In this document: piece after piece, positions 62,313 through 64,000 of the stretch
Layout of the letters: each line of letters opens with the position of its first letter
Position numbering within the stretch: the first letter of the stretch is position 1
Assembly: GCF_016056305.1 (NCBI RefSeq)
Contig: NZ_JAECZC010000086.1
Location: forward strand, 66,945-130,944
Reading direction: 5' to 3'
DNA length: 64,000 bases
Source of the DNA: Amazonocrinis nigriterrae CENA67
GTDB taxonomy: Bacteria; Cyanobacteriota; Cyanobacteriia; Cyanobacteriales; Nostocaceae
The notes under the pieces: model-generated
Database searches by the model: none
The model's input: the letters and a program-made list of their open reading frames with translations, nothing else
Told to the model about the DNA's origin: nothing
Program-made: the position numbers and the translations under genes

Positions 62313-63722
62313 ATGCCAAAAGACGAGCGGTTGCTGACTGTTTATGATACCGCACAATTAAAACAAATTAGCTCCTATTTATGCCAAGCAATTATTAATA
62401 TTCAAGAACATCAGCCAGAATTACTATTGGAAAAGTATAGGAATGTTGAGTGGCTGAGTTCTGCTAATCAATCAGCTATAACTGCGAAATTTACCGAAAT
62501 TCTTAGTCAAGCTCAAGACTGGGATGCACTACCTCAAAGATTACAAGGTTATCTAAAAGCTTTGCTAATTCCTGAATCTATCAATTCACCAATTTTAAAA
62601 GAATTAATAGAAAAAATTTACCAATTAAATTATATCAAAACAGATTTAAATGGGTGTGCTAATCTCACAAAGATTAAGTCACCTGAAACAGTTGGACTTA
62701 TAATCAATTCACTATCTATTGAAAATAAAGGTATAGCAGTTTTACTTTTAGATGCCGAAAATTTACAAATCAACAGCGATACAGAAAAGTTTTTAACAAG
62801 AGTTTGTAATTTTCCTCTTCAAGTCAAGATTGCCTTTGCCAATTGGTGCAGTATGGGTAGGTTAGATGTAGAGTTGCATGGACGTGGCTATGACTTGATT
62901 CATGTCCCTGTTGGTAGGGATAATGCTGACGGTAAAATGATTGTATTTGGCTCGTCAATTCACGATCGCTATCCCAATGCTCAAGAAGTTTTAGTCTGTT
63001 CGTCAGATAAAGTGATGACTAACCTTTGCAATCATCTTCAGCAAAATGGATTAATAGTATATAGAGTAACTAAGCAAGAACAAGGTATTACCATATTCAA
63101 TAGTTATACAGGTAATATTACACATTTTCCCGCTCCAGCACCTGAAATTCCCACAGTTGAGCAGTTTATTCAGCAAATCAAAGAGTTAATCAAAGCAGAA
63201 CAAAAGCAACATAAAAGCTGTTGGATTAAACTAGCCACTATTTCGGAAGCATTTAAAAATAAATATAATTTAACTATTACTCAAGTTGTTGCTAAGCATC
63301 TTCCTGGTAAAAACGCTAGAGATATTTTGATGAATTTTCCTGGTGATTTGGTTGTTCACCAAGTTGATGCAGCCTCGGAATTATATGTCACAATATTTGA
63401 AATTAATGAATCTCAGCCAGCAGCTAGTAAAGATGATGCTCTACTCAGCAGTGCAAAATCACAGTTTTTATCTACTATTAATTCCAAAGCCGATTTAGAA
63501 CAAGTACTCAACAATATTCTTAATCAGCTAACTCAACAATCTCCTGGAAGCTACATTAATATTAGCAATTTAGGCAGCATCTTTAATCAGCAGTATGGCA
63601 AACCAATTACTGAGCAAATGAAATCTTTGCAGATAAATGGTACTTTTCTAAAATTTTTGCAGTCATGTAGTTCTTTGAAACTGAAGGAAGTAGCGAAAGG
63701 ATGGGAAGTCGCTACAATCTAA
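62313..63722 (+). CDS. NYN-domain protein with two C-terminal OST-HTH/LOTUS-like domains
   Basis: 469 aa. An N-terminal region of unknown function. NYN core (IAVLLLDAENL ... IHVPVGRDNADGKMIVFG ... VLVCSSDKVM). Then two about 70-aa repeats with OST-HTH character (WIKLATISEAFKNKYNLTI..., YINISNLGSIFNQQYGKPI...). Confidence 0.7.
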   Translation: MPKDERLLTVYDTAQLKQISSYLCQAIINIQEHQPELLLEKYRNVEWLSSANQSAITAKFTEILSQAQDWDALPQRLQGYLKALLIPESINSPILKELIEKIYQLNYIKTDLNGCANLTKIKSPETVGLIINSLSIENKGIAVLLLDAENLQINSDTEKFLTRVCNFPLQVKIAFANWCSMGRLDVELHGRGYDLIHVPVGRDNADGKMIVFGSSIHDRYPNAQEVLVCSSDKVMTNLCNHLQQNGLIVYRVTKQEQGITIFNSYTGNITHFPAPAPEIPTVEQFIQQIKELIKAEQKQHKSCWIKLATISEAFKNKYNLTITQVVAKHLPGKNARDILMNFPGDLVVHQVDAASELYVTIFEINESQPAASKDDALLSSAKSQFLSTINSKADLEQVLNNILNQLTQQSPGSYINISNLGSIFNQQYGKPITEQMKSLQINGTFLKFLQSCSSLKLKEVAKGWEVATI

Positions 63723-63797
63723 ACCGCAACTTGTCTTTTACTTTACTTGTACGAGTATATTATTAATATACTCTGTAAAGAAATGTAAAGAAAAACA

Positions 63798-64000
63798 ATG
63801 CAGGATAAAGTCGTTGTTGTTGTTGGTGCTACTGGTGGCATTGGTTCAGCCTTAACTCGCAAACTTGCATCTACAGGGGCGAGTTTGGTACTGGCGGCGA
63901 GAGACTCGACTCGTTTGGCAACCCTAGCAGGGGAACTACCGCTTAAAGTTTTGACTGTTCCCACAGATATTACTGACAGCCAACAGGTAGACACTTTAAT
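63798..64000 (+). CDS. SDR family oxidoreductase (5' partial; runs off window)
   Basis: MQDKVVVVVGATGGIGSALTRKLASTGASLVLAARD... Rossmann TGxxxGIG motif. Confidence 0.75.
   Translation, partial: MQDKVVVVVGATGGIGSALTRKLASTGASLVLAARDSTRLATLAGELPLKVLTVPTDITDSQQVDTL

Overview
This 64 kb window is a chromosomal segment of a filamentous cyanobacterium, probably Nostocales (Nostoc/Anabaena-like).

The taxonomic call rests on four things read from the sequence:
- very frequent HIP1 octamers (GCGATCGC);
- short tandemly repeated heptamer arrays (STRR-like, e.g. CAACTGA, CCCCATT/G, AGGAGTT, CTCAGCA, GGGGATG) in most intergenic gaps;
- cyanobacterial marker genes nblA and psrp3/ycf65;
- a kdpABC operon followed by a short kinase-less kdpD, as known from Anabaena.

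Gene content is mostly housekeeping: EVE protein, SIMPL protein, ssb, mreBCD, ribD, a MarR/MFS pair, an ABC-2 exporter pair, hisF, ruvB, atpD-atpC (ATP synthase beta/epsilon), kdpABC-kdpD', a UbiD-family decarboxylase, an ABC-F ATPase and anmK. A dense set of signalling genes is interleaved:
- an FHA-PAS-GAF-GGDEF-EAL protein;
- two Ser/Thr kinases, one with WD40 repeats;
- an ABC1 kinase directly followed by a PP2C phosphatase;
- a CHAT protease with about 13 tandem 40-residue repeats.

One tRNA-Ala(GGC) is present. I found no rRNA and no CRISPR array.

The window also carries at least three families of MITE-like dispersed repeats, one with perfect 13-bp terminal inverted repeats. One copy pair sits back-to-back between kdpC and kdpD. 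anmK is flanked by direct composite heptamer repeats and has an in-frame heptamer-repeat insertion inside the coding sequence. Two disrupted genes are visible: a frameshifted hicB-family antitoxin and an N-terminally truncated HNH endonuclease.

Two AT-rich accessory islets look most like candidates for an undescribed system:
1. A tRNA-Ala-adjacent islet (about 20.3-23.9 kb) encoding an AlbA_2(Schlafen-like)/HATPase_c_4/TPR protein, a small protein and the HNH remnant.
2. A low-GC two-gene cassette (60.7-63.7 kb) made of an orphan PstB-like ABC ATPase with a degenerate Q-loop and a NYN nuclease-domain protein with two OST-HTH/LOTUS-like domains. A GC-rich double hairpin sits in its leader.

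All functional calls are from reading motifs in the translations. No database search was run.
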